DNA from: Phoronis australis
Taxonomy: Eukaryota; Animalia; Phoronida
Reading direction: 5' to 3'
Length of the DNA: 64,000 nucleotides
Assembly: GCA_002633005.1 (NCBI GenBank)
Contig: NMRA01000562.1
Span: 59,585 to 123,584 of the forward strand
In this document: in pieces, positions 1 through 13,249 of the stretch
Position numbering within the stretch: position 1 is the first letter of the stretch
Layout of the letters: each line of letters opens with the position of its first letter
Notes under the pieces: generated by a model
Databases searched by the model: none
What the model saw: the letters and a program-made list of their open reading frames with translations, nothing else
Told to the model about the DNA's origin: nothing
Translations under genes and position numbers: made by a program

Positions 1-16
1 TCATACATGAGATTTA

Positions 17-376
17 ACCAGGGCCCGGTCTCCAATCTCCGTACTCAGACTCATACTCATACTCGAGATTTCATACTCAAAATCGTGCTCACTGGAGTCG
101 TACTCAAAAAAGCGTATCTAATGTCGGATTTCGAGTAGACTCCAAACGTACTCAAATCTGACACTCATACTCGAGTTGCTATGGAACTCTTTATGATGTG
201 AAATGCAAAATCACGCAAAGCCGCGCTGATTCATCGCTNGCTCGAAATTTCGAGTACAGATTTTTCGAGTATGACATTGAATACACCAAAGCTGAGTCTG
301 TACTCGAGTTGAGTATGAAGTGTGAGTTTGAGCATGATTCGAGTCTGAGTACGGAGATTGGAGACCGGGCCCTGGT
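17..376. mobile_element. MITE with 36-bp perfect terminal inverted repeats, PIF/Harbinger-like termini
   Basis: 17-52 ACCAGGGCCCGGTCTCCAATCTCCGTACTCAGACTC is the exact reverse complement of 341-376. The interior carries repeated TACTC/GAGTA motifs and one N at 239. A truncated relative starts at about 11890. Confidence 0.8.
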
Positions 377-479
377 CTGAAATCCCTGGCACAAAAGGTA
401 ATGTTATCCTGATGTCTCTCCTGTTGTCAGGCTGCGTGTTCTGTGGCCTGACCCCGCGATGGTATGCCTCGTGGAATGA

Positions 480-690
480 CCGCCGAGTCAGGATAGCTAC
501 ATCTGTTTAACGCTGTTCTGTTGTAATCCAATTCAACATCAATGTTCTCCTCTGTGTTGGGGGTGGTTTTCGCACGATAGACCAGTGTTCTAATCACGCC
601 CAGTTTGTGTATCAAAGGGTGGTTGGAGTCAAACGGAAGATAGTAGTCCGTGTGAGTGGGCTTCCTATAAACCTTGGTCGGAGTTTTCAC
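480..690 (-). mobile_element. Penelope-like retroelement fragment (region C-terminal to reverse transcriptase)
   Basis: Translation [36 protein letters not shown] matches the [33 protein letters not shown] motif typical of Penelope-like elements. Short fragment inside a P450 intron. Confidence 0.75.
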
Positions 691-1053
691 AACCACCACA
701 ATAGCAACTCCTCGCCATTCTTTATTATATCACACACCACGGGAAAACGAACAGCATATATCTGACACTAAACGCAATGGAGGATACCTAGTGCTGTTTT
801 GTTTTCCCAATTCTACGCAATATGTATCCTTTAGTGAATGCTCGTAAGTCGAGGTCACCTAATTAACATGTCACCAGATAGTGTTCTAATATGATAGGTG
901 ATCCACAGATCCGCCTGTTTTTGATTTTGATATGGAATTTGGGGATTTAAACACGAAGCCACGCCCCTGTTACGGAAATTTTAAAGAATCGAGAGTAAAT
1001 CATTGCCTTCATCAAAAAAGTTAAGCATGGGCAGAGCTCTGATTACATTTTAG

Positions 1054-3563
1054 CGATCGGCCCAGCGGCTACATTAGACTTGGTTCTTCCGTTCCTGAAG
1101 TACCTCCCAGGTGATGTTCTTGGCCTGAAAGCGATTACAGCTCGAGTAAACATTTTTGACAGCTACATTCGCGACATCATTGAAGACTACAAGGTGTCGC
1201 TAAATCCGGACAACGCCAGAGATTTTCTTGACGTTTATCTTCTTCAACTTAAAGAATTAAAGCCAGATGAGGACACATTCTTTTCTGGCTTGTTTTTATT
1301 ATGCGTTATATGTACTGAATATCAGTTTAAAGTTTCGTCTAAACTATTGCGAGTCATTAAACAGCGCAAGTGTTTTGAAGCAGCTATAATCCCGCGTTCC
1401 GTCCGAGACACAAACGTTGATAAAATTGATCTCCTCTTGTTTCTTACTAAAATAAGATGGTATTTCTGAGTTTACAAAGACCTGTCGAGGTCTTACTCGG
1501 CCCATAAAACGACACGCCGTGACAAACCAACATGTAGATCATAATCTTAAGGAATAACAAAGCGGTAACTCGTCGCCAATTTCACTTGGGAGTAATTCGA
1601 GACCAGTTTCATAATGGTAAATGGTGAAAGTCAAAAGTTGTATTTTATGACGGAACGTGGCTTTATGGCCGTTTAAAGTATGAAATTTCTGTTCTCTGTA
1701 AATTCTTTAAAAACGTTGCTTTCACTGCATGTGTCTTTTTGAGAACACTAGGCAATAGATTACCTACCTGTAGTTGATGCTGGCTAGCCTGTGAAAGTTA
1801 TGCGCAAATTATGCGTAATCGGCGTGGTTTTGCGTTCAGATCAGATGAGAATACGGATACGCATGAACCTTGGAAAGGGGTATTTCGTCTATTATAGTAA
1901 CTGCATTTTCTACAATTTCCAGAAGTACAACTAGGCAAAATTCTTGGTGACTTGTTTGTGGCTGGACTAGTGAAACAACATCGGCGGCTGTTCGCTGGAT
2001 TCTTTTATATCTCATCATTTACCCGGAAATTCAAAAGAAATCGCGCGCTGAAGTTGATGACGTCATTGGCGACCGGACGCCGTCAGTTCGGGATCGACCC
2101 AACTTACCCTACACTGAAGCTGTTATTATGGAGGCCCATCAAATCGGCATGATCGCTACAACGGGAATACCACACGCCGCTCTGGAAGACACTACATTTC
2201 GAGGATATTCAGTTCCAAAGGGGACTGCGTTCATTGCCAATATGGCTTCTATATTCATGAATGAAAACGAGTTTCCAGAACCAGACAAGTTCGACCCCAC
2301 GCGTTATCTCGACAACCAAGGCAAGGTCAACAAGGCTGCGTGTGAGAAGGTGATACCATTTGGTATAGGTAAGTTGAAGAAGTCGTCGACGTATAAGCAC
2401 GTTTTATCATACTGTTAACAATTGTAGTTTTCGGTCTCTACTGCAAAAGGAAACAAACAACACGTGACTTGATATTAATCTCTGTCATATTTACAGTACA
2501 ACACTCGTCAAAGCGTGTCTTTTCAATTTAAAATATAATCATGGCTAATTTACTATTTTTCAGTTGATGATGTTTATAGTTAAAACATGTAAATATGACA
2601 TCGATTAATGCCAGAACGTTTGTTGTATCCTCTAATCTCCCAGCAGGTATCTATTAAGCTAGGTAACTTGAAATTGCGTGTTACAGTTACTGATAGTATT
2701 CAACAATGTGAGTTTGGCAATTTGTTGTCTGAAACATATAGCTTGTACTGCGACACGCCTTCCATCCACTAACTTTTGATTTAGGCCATTTACCTTCATG
2801 AAGTCGGTCTCAAGTTGTCCCATTGTCAGACTGAAGGTGATTTCAGGGCTTTGGCGAGCTGACATTTCGAAATTGCTTGAGATCAACATGCTATACAAGT
2901 TGACTTGTCACTTTCTGCGTATCATTTTATGCGCCGAGCATGGGATTGGGCGGACTGACAGTGCCTTGTAAACCCAGAAATCAAATTTCATTTGAGTAAG
3001 AAACACGCTGAAACCATTTTAATATACACTAATGGCGTAAATCTGAAATTCGCATCTTGGACGGAAAGCGGATTTATATCCGGTATAAGTTTTGAAAATC
3101 GTCAGTCATGCTTAAGATGGGGTGGTTGCCTAGCGACAACGTTATGCGAATGAGTGAGATTAAGGTTCGTAAAACTATTAATGGGCATCAGCTCGGATCT
3201 CTTTAGTTTATTTACATGAAAAGATAGTTATTGGCAAAATTTTGTTGTTAATATTCGCATTCATCGAGTTTCATCTTTGAGGTCACCTCTCTGGAGCACT
3301 TGCATTTAGGTGACCTCTGCTAGACATCGTTTCTTCAGAGACGGAGTGGGATAAGGTAGTGTTTCTTATGTTTGACAGGTCGTCGCATTTGTCTCGGAGA
3401 ATCCCTAGCCAGAATGGAACTGACTTTGTATTTGACGTCCATGCTTCAACGATTTGTGTTTACTGTGCCGGAAGGACAACCGGTTCCTTCTGCCATAGGT
3501 CGCCAGGGATTTTCGCGGATTCCTCACCCATATGAAATGTGTGTGATAAAGAGAAAAAAATAA
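1054..3563 (+). pseudogene. Cytochrome P450 clan 2 (CYP2-like), copy 1, last three exons only (1054-1287, 1923-2368, 3379-3563); probably disabled
   Basis: Exons align to exons 5-7 of the paralog at 13250-20016. Heme motif FGIG|RRICLG is intact. The middle exon is 446 bp vs 444 bp (2-bp frameshift near 1967 in AGxETT), the K-helix reads EAHQ instead of ExxR, and the donor at 1288 is GC. The 5' exons would lie upstream of the window. Confidence 0.8.
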
Positions 3564-6500
3564 CGAGCGTACACTGGTTCATACTGAGAGTGGGCTCTCA
3601 GAACTGATGGAAGTATGTGGTGAAACACAGGTTTTTTCACTCTCCGATGAAGAAGTTATGAAAAGTCTTTCCTCTTCACAGCCTAATGGCCATGGGAATC
3701 ATGATTTGGTTTGATTGGCTTAAAAAACTGCGGGTCCTAAAGTTTCCAGTGCCAAGATAACAATTGACCTTTTAAGGATGACAAAAAATGATGCATTCGC
3801 ATCCCCGTGCCTAAATTTGGAGACTTAAGGCCTAATCCATAAACCATGAGAAAGTATTAGGCAGGCGATCACCTACTCAGTAAGCTGGCACTTGATTTTG
3901 GATTACTACCGGTCTGCCATGATGAACTGGACACCTGGCTGGTTAAAATACCCCCAAAAGAAGTCATCTTTACAAATCGCATAATTATCTAAATGTTGCT
4001 ACATTCGTTGCATCTGAGAAAACCGCTATCCCACAATCCTTTGTGACTATGATGTCTCGCGCTGTCCGCATGGATTTTTACCATCAAAAGGAATTGCCAG
4101 ATTGCGCCTGCTTGATAGCATACCGCTTTGAAAGGTTTTGCTTGCCCTGTCAGATCGGATGACGGTCATTCTAACTTGCCAGTATATCAAGTGATCCGTC
4201 TGGGAACGGAATGGATAGATTTGAGACATATTTTATGTGGCTGAGAAACTCAGTTGGTTGTGATAGTTTTAGACTCTTTCTAAACTGACTGATTCGATTA
4301 CCTTTAAAGATTTACACCCGTACTTGTCCAAGTTTCATAAACGTATATTAAGTTCATATAAATGTAACTTGTAATGGCATCAAAAGCGCCTCCCACGAAC
4401 TCCCCGCAATAGTTAATTTGTCGCCTGTAGTCGCAAATTAATTAACGGAGCAGATGTTCAGATCGACGCGGACTAAACTGAAGACTGTCTCATACAAGTG
4501 TCCTTTTGATGAATGCATGCCACTGTTTGGACAACACAGGGTCTTCATATATTACAAGGGTGAAATAGTCGTATTTTAGCGTCATCGACTAATCGAAGTT
4601 ATTCTCTGTTCACGTCACGTGGCGCGAATCTACCAGGTTGTCTATTTGCAAAACGCGTAGCTAGAGGTGAAATACTGTTTTGCTGTGAGGAGGTTTGCCT
4701 ATAATTTATGTGACTTCTCTAATTATAATTCTACAAAATGAGATTTTTTAAATTTCTAAAATACTAGCATATACATAGTTTGTATCTTAGTGATTCACTA
4801 ATGTTTAAAACCTTCAAGATTGCAACTATTTTTGTGGGTCTCTGTTATTGCCACCCATCAAATACAGGCCAGTTCAATTATCAAATTTATAAACGGACAT
4901 GTGATTATTTTGGTATAGATTCGACGACATTTACAGCTAAAACCATGTCCCGTTTTAGCTCTTTAGGAGATCGCGTAATATTTAACTAAATAACAAGCTG
5001 TAAACTTGAACGTCTTATGAAGCTCAAATAGTAAATAGTAATATATTAATATATAACTTGATATTCAACTGGAATGATTTTTATAAAAATATTTAGAATT
5101 TACAATGAATTTACAAACGGTATTCCATACTCGAGTGCTGACAAAAATTGATAAAACTTGCTTGTTTAACTGTAAACATTTGTAACAGTTGACTGTTTAC
5201 CATTTCTTTGCCATTAAATAACACATTTTTAATAAAGAAACACCAGGAAGAGATTTCTGGAAACAGTAATATTTGTTCTTCATGTCGATAATATCAAGTG
5301 CAATCAAATGTTTCTGTGTTAAATACTGATGACAGTATTTTAGGGGGCTCTCTAAGATCCTTAATTCTATTATATACAATGCTATATGGATGGCCTGCAG
5401 AAAAGTTTTCAAAATTGTACAGTATTTCATAGGGATTTGTGGACATGTAATGGCTTGAATCCGAGCTCAAAATGTTAGGTATTAACTACTACATTAATTT
5501 AGCGAACATGGTTACCGATAATTTTGTGAAATCAACTGTTTGATTCAGCTGTGATGTAGAAGCAAACTGACAACGTTTGGGGTATTACTGTCATCTTGTA
5601 ATTACAAAAAGTGTAGATATTTTAACTCTGTTATCCAGCCCACTTGTCTCCGTATTTAATAATCTTCATTAAGTATTTTAAACATTAATATGGGACAACA
5701 AGATGGAAAAAAGAAATGATTTGGTTAAAAGAGAAGAGAAATTAAGCATTACTTTTTGAATGTGTAAAATTGCTCAAAAGCGAGAGAGGTTTTAAAGGCT
5801 TAAAACTAATCGTTTATGATATTGAATACCATGAAAGCAAATCTCGAAACGGTAACCCTTTTTGATAGAAAGGGTGAGTTTTTGGTCGAGCCGTGTTTAC
5901 AAGTCTGTGATGTAACATGAAGTAAAAGTTGGAGGCAAGTCCTATTTTAGAGTATATGTCATTTATTAAACCAGCGAAATCCTTTCTCTATGTAATACCT
6001 TTAGACTAAACGTGTTAAGTAAGATAATTGGTCGGCTAAATGCCATTTGGTATTTGTAATATAATGACACAACTCAGGCTGTAAAACTGTTTATAGTTTA
6101 CTTTGTAAAAGTCTGGGTAATACTGCACCAACAGCTCAACTCAAGCTTACTGAACAAGTGTTTGCCTCTTATGAAGCAACATGTGGAACAATGTTATACA
6201 GTACTTTTTCGAGGTACCCTAGAAACAACCCTTTTTATATATTTTTGTATAAAAAGGTGGCGGGTATACGTTTGCAGTAGGGGGCGGGGGTTAGGATTCG
6301 CGTAGCGCCGAGCGGTAGTGGGGGGAGGCCTCTCCCGTATAAGAGAGTTTTTGTTATTGTAGCCAAATAGTGCAATTTCCATGCATCCTGGCGAGACTGT
6401 GGCAGTTAACATGTCTCTGATTTAAAACCCCGTGTATGAGTCACGCCACCAGTAAGATTTTAGTTGGAACTTCCGTCTACACACACCGATTTTTAGCATA

Positions 6501-6959
6501 CGAAAAGTCGTATATGAAAAAATGTGGTGTTCATGTACATGGGCGGCGCACCGTAGGGGACTGTGGGGCTATAGCTGCGCCGACTATGAATCCTGGTTTA
6601 GACTACTAACAAATGAAGAGCATAAGGAGCACTGACAGTGGTGATCTCAGCGCATAGTCTGTTATTAAAAGCGACAATAAACACTGAACAACCACTTAAT
6701 TAAGCCGAGAGAACAGAAGTATATTGAGGGCCAACCTCTACAAAATAAGCTGGCCTGGTGCGTCGCGAGACCAAAAGTACACTATGCAAAATATTTGAAT
6801 TGAAAACTGTTCCCAAGACCCTTTTCATTCCCGGTCGTTGCTCATACACGTATTTTATGATGTTGCATCTTGCCGTTATTCAATGGCAAAACTTGCCGCA
6901 CATTCAGTCAAACAAGATAGACTTGCAGAACACATACCTTAGGTTACTCTGGAGAAAGC

Positions 6960-8340
6960 GCTTACGTAGACGGTATTTCCATCGGTGATAACCCTTTCCT
7001 CAGACATAATAGCACTCAAATGTATTTTCAGACGCCTGAGCACAGAAAATGATCTCTCTGCCTCACATGATCTAATAGGGATACATATTCTATCAATATC
7101 AGCTCCCTGACATTTGTAAAGATGTCTTGCTTGAGTGTGGAACGCAATTACCTTGGTAATTCCCCTCAACTTTGAGCATTTCAGAAGGACCATCAGCGTT
7201 AGAGCCGAGTCTCGCTGAAATAATTCTTCCACTTTTACATAGGACAATCTGTACTTTAGCAGAAAACACAACGTGTTACTCAAAATGTCTATAGTCAGAA
7301 AGGAGTCGACTACCTTCAGGGAATCTGGTGATGGCAAGTCTATATCCCAGAAATGTAGCCGATCCTCCAGTGAGTCCAAGTCTACATTCCTCATTCTGCT
7401 AAACACCAATGGCACAAGAAATGACAGCTTCCACCAACCTGCTGTCTTTCTAGAATCTGGTGGTCAGCTGATGTGACAGGTTGTCTAGGAAGGGTATTTC
7501 CACTGTTCTTTTGTAGTACTCACTAGAAGAAACAAATATTGACGACAAATTTAACTACTCACCATGTGACATAGATTTTGGTTATGAATCAGATAAAGAG
7601 CCAAGTGGAAATACAAACTAGAAACAGTACCTGTGCGCTCGTAGACCCTGTGCTTTACTGGGTAAATTTGGTATGTCCTAAAATAATTTCTAGTTCGTTC
7701 TCATTGTACGCAAGCAGCAAAGTTGAAAGTAAGTCAGAAAACCGTCATTATGTACAAAATGTGTAGAATTATAATTTATTATCTGTTTCTGCAGGAACGT
7801 TAGCCTTCTGCTTCTGGTGTCTGGACTGTCGAGGAATCTGAATATCAGATCCAATGTTCTCAGCTTTCGTTTGCGCGTCTTGGAACCATTCAGCTCAGAC
7901 ACAGATCTTCGATGTTTGTTCTTTAATGCTAGCACTTCGTCAACTGCTGTGTCAATGAACTTGTAAGCCTCTACAATGTCAGCATCTCGTTTTTACAGCT
8001 TTGTACTAAGCCCCTTGAGGTTGTCGAGTATATTCAAAAGAGTTACAAGCGGAGCTATATTTGACCCGTTCATCATGGACTGCTTCAAACTTTGCACTTC
8101 TGTCGCAAACGATGTATCCCACAACCAATTTTCATCTTTTAAAATTTTCCGAACAAATGTCCCAATGTCTGAACACTTGAAACGCGAAGTTGTAACACCG
8201 GGTGGGCCTTTCTTCGCAAAGTCCCGTTATAGCTAAGACGGCAGTGATGCTTATTCTGGGTAGAAAGGCGGTTGGTTGCTGGGTTCAGAACCACTGGGCT
8301 CTTTAGGAGGCCTACTGAACACTGCTCGAGTCCTGCCACG
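6960..8340 (-). mobile_element. Decayed hAT-superfamily transposase (ZMYM1/PRKRIR-like) with C-terminal dimerisation motif
   Basis: IPIRSCEAERSFSVLRRLKIHLSAIMSEER is the hAT dimerisation signature. Upstream, LVTLLNILDNLKGLSTKL*KRDADIVEAYKFID also fits. Stops and frameshifts are present. A hAT-like terminus CATGGGCGGCG occurs at 6538. Confidence 0.8.
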
Positions 8341-8568
8341 CTGAAAAAGTAGAACCTTCCGCTATTTCTGGTACTGTTTGCGAATGCGGTCACCTTGTCA
8401 ATATGAGTACCCCCGGGTTCATTCCTTGTACAGGGCTAACTTCCTAGGATGTATCTTGAAACGGAAACGGCCAAACCACAATACCCGCCAAACGGCCCTT
8501 ACAAAGAATCAAACAATTTTTCGGAAAACGAGTTGATCGTTTTTTAAAATATGCACATTACATGTACA

Positions 8569-8724
8569 CAGTGCTGTAGTGGGGCGTAGGCGCACGTAGG
8601 CGCAGCCAACCACCTTTTGGCATTTGAGCGTATCGCCTACGCACCGTAAGTTACGTTTAGTGCTCAAGGTGATACGGTGGGCTTTGGGCGCCTACTTACT
8701 TCTAATTGTACCACTACAGCCCTG
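8569..8724. mobile_element. hAT-type MITE, 156 bp, 8-bp target-site duplication
   Basis: TIR CAGTGCTGTAGTGG ... CCACTACAGCCCTG, flanked on both sides by CATGTACA (8561-8568, 8725-8732). Confidence 0.85.
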
Positions 8725-11050
8725 CATGTACAAATTAAGTTACAAACGTGTGAAGTGTAATAGCATGGCAAGGCATGACACTGAGATGAGGTAAAACGTT
8801 GCACGTCGATTCACCTGAATATCAGGGTTGCAGTACCACAATATTTTCCCTAATAAATTCAAAATATATCTTAGGGTAAAGACTCTAGTTACCCAATAAA
8901 TCAGCTATAAATCTGCTTTTTTCCGCGGTGGGTCAATCTAAAATGCTTGGCTACTTAAGAAGTGTCCATGGAAGCGCTTTCAAAATTGAACACCGCGCGA
9001 CTTGCCGATGAGTCACGAAAACTTGAAATGCGTTGCTTTACGTGATTACAACAAATCCCCCCTCAGATTTTTCGAGGTGGATTAGTTGGGGTTCACTCAG
9101 GCTGGTGGTGTCTTTATTTTGCTAGCGACGTTTTTAATTTTTTTTGATCCTGTCCCAACGGGGGGGGGGTTAAACCCCTGAAGCGTATCCCCGTAGATCC
9201 GCCACTGTAAAATTTTCATTATTCTTAAATGATGACCTGGCTTTACTTGTATTCTATCTCCGACTAAGCTTGTATCCGGCACGTTGCTAAATGATACAAA
9301 CTTCTGTATTACTAAAAGTGTATCACTTTCTGGGAAATTTTCGAAACAGAAGACAATTTTTTACCCAGGATTCTTAGTTTTATTGGCACGTTGCAACATT
9401 GATTCATTCATTGTCAGAAATTGCAACAATTCTCTTGTGTGCCACCGTATAGTGACACGTTCAGTGCTTCATTTAATAACTTTTAACACAAATATCTCTG
9501 CACATGCAAACTTCGACGAAAGGCATCGAATATCCAGTAGTTCAATTCTAAAAGTCTACCAAGGCAGAGAAAAGTTAGTGTATTTGTTTACTTTAAGCAC
9601 TTTTCACCTTAGCTGACATTCAGTAGTTAGGCAACACTGCTGCTAATTTCGTCAGCCTGTGATTGTCGAACTGCGGTTGCATCAGACGTTATTCATTTAG
9701 AGTGACACGCATATAACGACATGGTGGCAGGATCTGGGTCACGACGGTCATATTCGACTATAAGAGAGTCGGTCTTCATATATCGAAGGTAGAGTAATGT
9801 TGTGACCTCGGTTCGGCTTACACACACAACTATACTGAAGAATTGAAAACGTAAGTTAACGGGAGTTTGGTGGTAGGCCTAGCGATTATTTACTTAAGCA
9901 TCGTAGTAGTGTTGTTGCCAAGCAAATCGCAGACTGGTTGAAGGTAAGTATTTCATGTATCGAACTCTCCATTCAGCCTGATTACAAGAACAAACAAAAG
10001 TGACAGGTCAAAATGTAGGCCGCGAGGCTGGTTTGGTGAATCGACGTACTCCGGTACCAGTGATTCAAGAAATCTGCATGACCACTGCGCACCCGTTCGG
10101 CCATAGAACTTTAGCCCAACAATGCGAACTCGGATCTCGCGACTGCTGAGGTTGCGCCCGCATGTGTGAGAGTAATTTGCATTCATTTGTTTCGGTGTGT
10201 GAACTTGGTATGGAATTCACTGTCATTAAAACTTTTCGCAACTGCCGTTTTTCAACCGAATTGCATAAGAGCCATATCATTACAAAGTCCTTTGTCAGTT
10301 GTTGATGATTATACCAAAAGCAAAAGATAAATAATCTAATTCATAAGTAATTAGTCCCTTTGCATACCTGACTGGTGTAACAATATTTTGAAATCAAAAA
10401 CCAAAACTATTACTTATAACAACATGTAGCCATGACCAGAGAGGTTATATAAATGACTAGTTAACCATTTAGGTATATAATTTCAACGATTCCAAAGATT
10501 TCTACCCTATAAAGACAACGGTTTTAGAATATGGATCCCTCACACTTGCTGTGGACAATTTAGCCAAGCTTTCATTCAAAATTATAACACCTTTGTATAT
10601 CATGACTATTTGGACCTTTGGCGCCGTTTGATACAATGACTTTCTTCTGTAAAAATTCAGAGTGCTGTAACATTTACGAGAAGTGCGATAAACTACTTCG
10701 AGTATTTATATGAAATTTGCAGATAAATGTCTTCTGATAGATGAAAATGGGCAAACATATATCACGTGTCATTTGAAACGTCTGTTTTCAGTCCATGCGC
10801 AGAAACGGTGATGCAATGTATTGGATCATACTGAATTGTAATATAACACTCTGTGTGTGAGTGGATTCATTTTACTCCGGCCCTATTTCTGTATAAGGGT
10901 TGGGTGGCTTGTATACAAGGAATAATAATCTGTTTAAGAGTTGACTTTTTGCTCATGATCAAACTGTTGTTGCTGCTCATTATGAGTACTTGAAATTCAC
11001 CGTTACTAATAGAAGGGTTACCAGGACTAAACTTGCTTTTTGTCATAACT

Positions 11051-11325
11051 CATGCGCGCACCCTGCCTAAAAATGGTCGGGGGCGGGGGGGGGGGAGGGG
11101 CTCGAATTTTTGATAATGTGGACCTTTTACTAATTCACGGGTGCGTTCCGAGCTATGGATTGTGCATTCGCCGAATTTTAGTAGTCCCTGCCTTTTTTGT
11201 GGACTTTTTTCTCGTTTTCTACTTTTTCGGAATTTTTGTTTCTCTGAGGCGGACCTTTTTGCCCTCTTCGCCGAATGAGGGGGGTGAGTTCTAGCCCCCG
11301 AGCCCTCCCCGTGGGTGCGAGCATG
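11051..11325. mobile_element. hAT-like MITE with 5-bp target-site duplication
   Basis: TIR CATGCGCGCACCC ... GGGTGCGAGCATG, flanked by TAACT on both sides. G/C-run subterminal sequence. Confidence 0.8.
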
Positions 11326-11889
11326 TAACTCGACCGTTTGCTATCATGTATAACACGGTGCTACACGTGTTTTCATGGCACTTTTAGCTTGAAAAGAAAG
11401 TGTTGTGGCAATAGAGTTTAGTTTTTGTATTTTTTCCCCATATAACATGGTGCAAAATTTCAAAGCATCAACGTACAAAAGGTGGGAAAGTATTTTGCTG
11501 TTTCGGCAGTAAGACTGCTGCAATTCAGTCGCTTGCAAGAATTGTTGTAAAGCCTCCTCATCCCCCTTGACCTCCACGACCCACTACCCCGTCGACCCAC
11601 TATACTCGCGGCAATAGAGGTATCTTTGCGCTTTTTACACATTTCATAATCTGAGTGACTTCCTCATAAGACTTACCTACACGAATCTGCGCTGGCTCAA
11701 AATTGATGGTTAAAAATAGAAAGTGATGTAAGAACAGGATTTGAAAGAGCAGGTTGTGAGTGTGTTATCGTAAGTCACGGAAATATTTGATTTGATTTGG
11801 TCGCCTTGTTATTTTGCAAAATCGCTTCTCTTAATTGCAAAATATGGGGGAAAAGCCAGCCGAGCTCACCACCAGACTCAGTGGTCCTG

Positions 11890-12110
11890 CAGGGCCCGGT
11901 CTCTAATCTTTGTACTCGAAACTATTTTTGGCAATTTCTCTGCCCCTTTTGTGCGAACTTAAGATAATTGGTTATCAGACTGTGCTCGAATACATTATAG
12001 TTTATGCATAGGAGTTTCTAGTTCAAGTTTGCCCTTGAAGACCCTTATATTCGTACTACAAACGCGAGTAAAAACTCGAAATTTCTAGTTCAAACTCAAA
12101 CTTGTCGAGG
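11890..12110 (+). mobile_element. Truncated copy of the MITE family at 17-376
   Basis: CAGGGCCCGGTCTCTAATCTTTGTACTCG resembles the left TIR at 19-47. CTCGA-type internal motifs follow. No right TIR seen. Confidence 0.55.
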
Positions 12111-13249
12111 GGGTCGTTGGTCGAGAGGGTCGTCGGTAGAGGGGGCGTTGGGTGTGGGGTGTGAAAGGTGTTTTAGCGCAATACCGCATGCAACGTCTGT
12201 TTAACCAGAAGCAGTACATTCCAGAGATGCTCGGTTTTATGTTCAGCAAGCGAAATGATTTTTCAATGTGATTAATCTGGGTTAATCCCACTCAGAGTAA
12301 AATAACATCGACAGAGCGAATGTATCCAGAAATTGACCAAACTGTGTGTCATTCATGTGCGTCTTTAATTAATGCCTGACCGGGCCATGTCCTGGGGGCC
12401 GCAGGGGTAGGAATGATTCCATAGCTGAGAGGCTCTAAATTGTAATGTCGATCACCCAAACCTCTGTCCTAGACCAACAAACACCACAGCCGCGGTACAC
12501 TTCCACATCCGCTCTCCTAAATTCCTCACTCGACCGACAATGCTCTATGTACCCGGTGGTCAAACTCCAAGCCCTGATACCAAACTCCAGACCTGAACCG
12601 TAGTGGTGTGGAGCGTCCGGTTGCATTACACAGTACGAAATAGTTTCTCGACTAAGTTCCCCAAATGTTCTGCGTGTTTGTGTCTGTTTATTCGGACGTG
12701 TTACGTTATTCTATCATTTTTATTATCAGCTCCTGTTTGACTAGTGACATTTTCGTCTAATGTACTTAAACACTGAGCCATCATTTCAATGAAATTTACT
12801 GGAGGGTCTTAGTCTATATACATGGGGGGGGGGCGCAGCGCTGAAATAAGTGGGGGATATAGCCCCCCAGCCCCCATAGTGGGCCTCTCATGTCATCATG
12901 GGTAGGGCGGCATTGCAATAAGTGGAGGCTATAGCCTCCACCCACCTATAATGCGCCACATGAAAAGATCTACATTTCTTTACAATATTATTAAGAATTC
13001 GCGGTATGGTAACGAAAATAAAATTGCAAAAAAGACAAGACAACAAATGCGTGAACAGTTGCGGCCTTGTTGAGTCCCTATTTGAAACTGTTTTATGCAA
13101 CTTGTCCCCGAGCATGGAGATGGATGCCGGGTACGGGATAACTTCATTGCGCGTGTGGTCTAATATTCGAGTTTAGAGGATCGTAGCTGGAATTTAGAGG
13201 TGCGACCGTACAGTGCAATCCTTTTCACCCTTGATGTTGTTTTCCGTAG

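Noticed and set aside
40-350. Repeated TACTC/GAGTA motifs resembling a CRISPR-like array
   Set aside because: No constant repeat-spacer period, eukaryotic context, and explained as MITE subterminal repeats.
191-394. ORFs on both strands
   Set aside because: They lie within an inverted-repeat MITE and show no protein motifs.
4490-6405. Possible large TIR element (ACTGTCTC ... GAGACTGTG) around an AT-rich block
   Set aside because: Inverted match is too degenerate and no TSD or transposase motif was found.
12480-12600. Similarity to 16400-16560
   Set aside because: Short degenerate dispersed repeat whose boundaries could not be defined.
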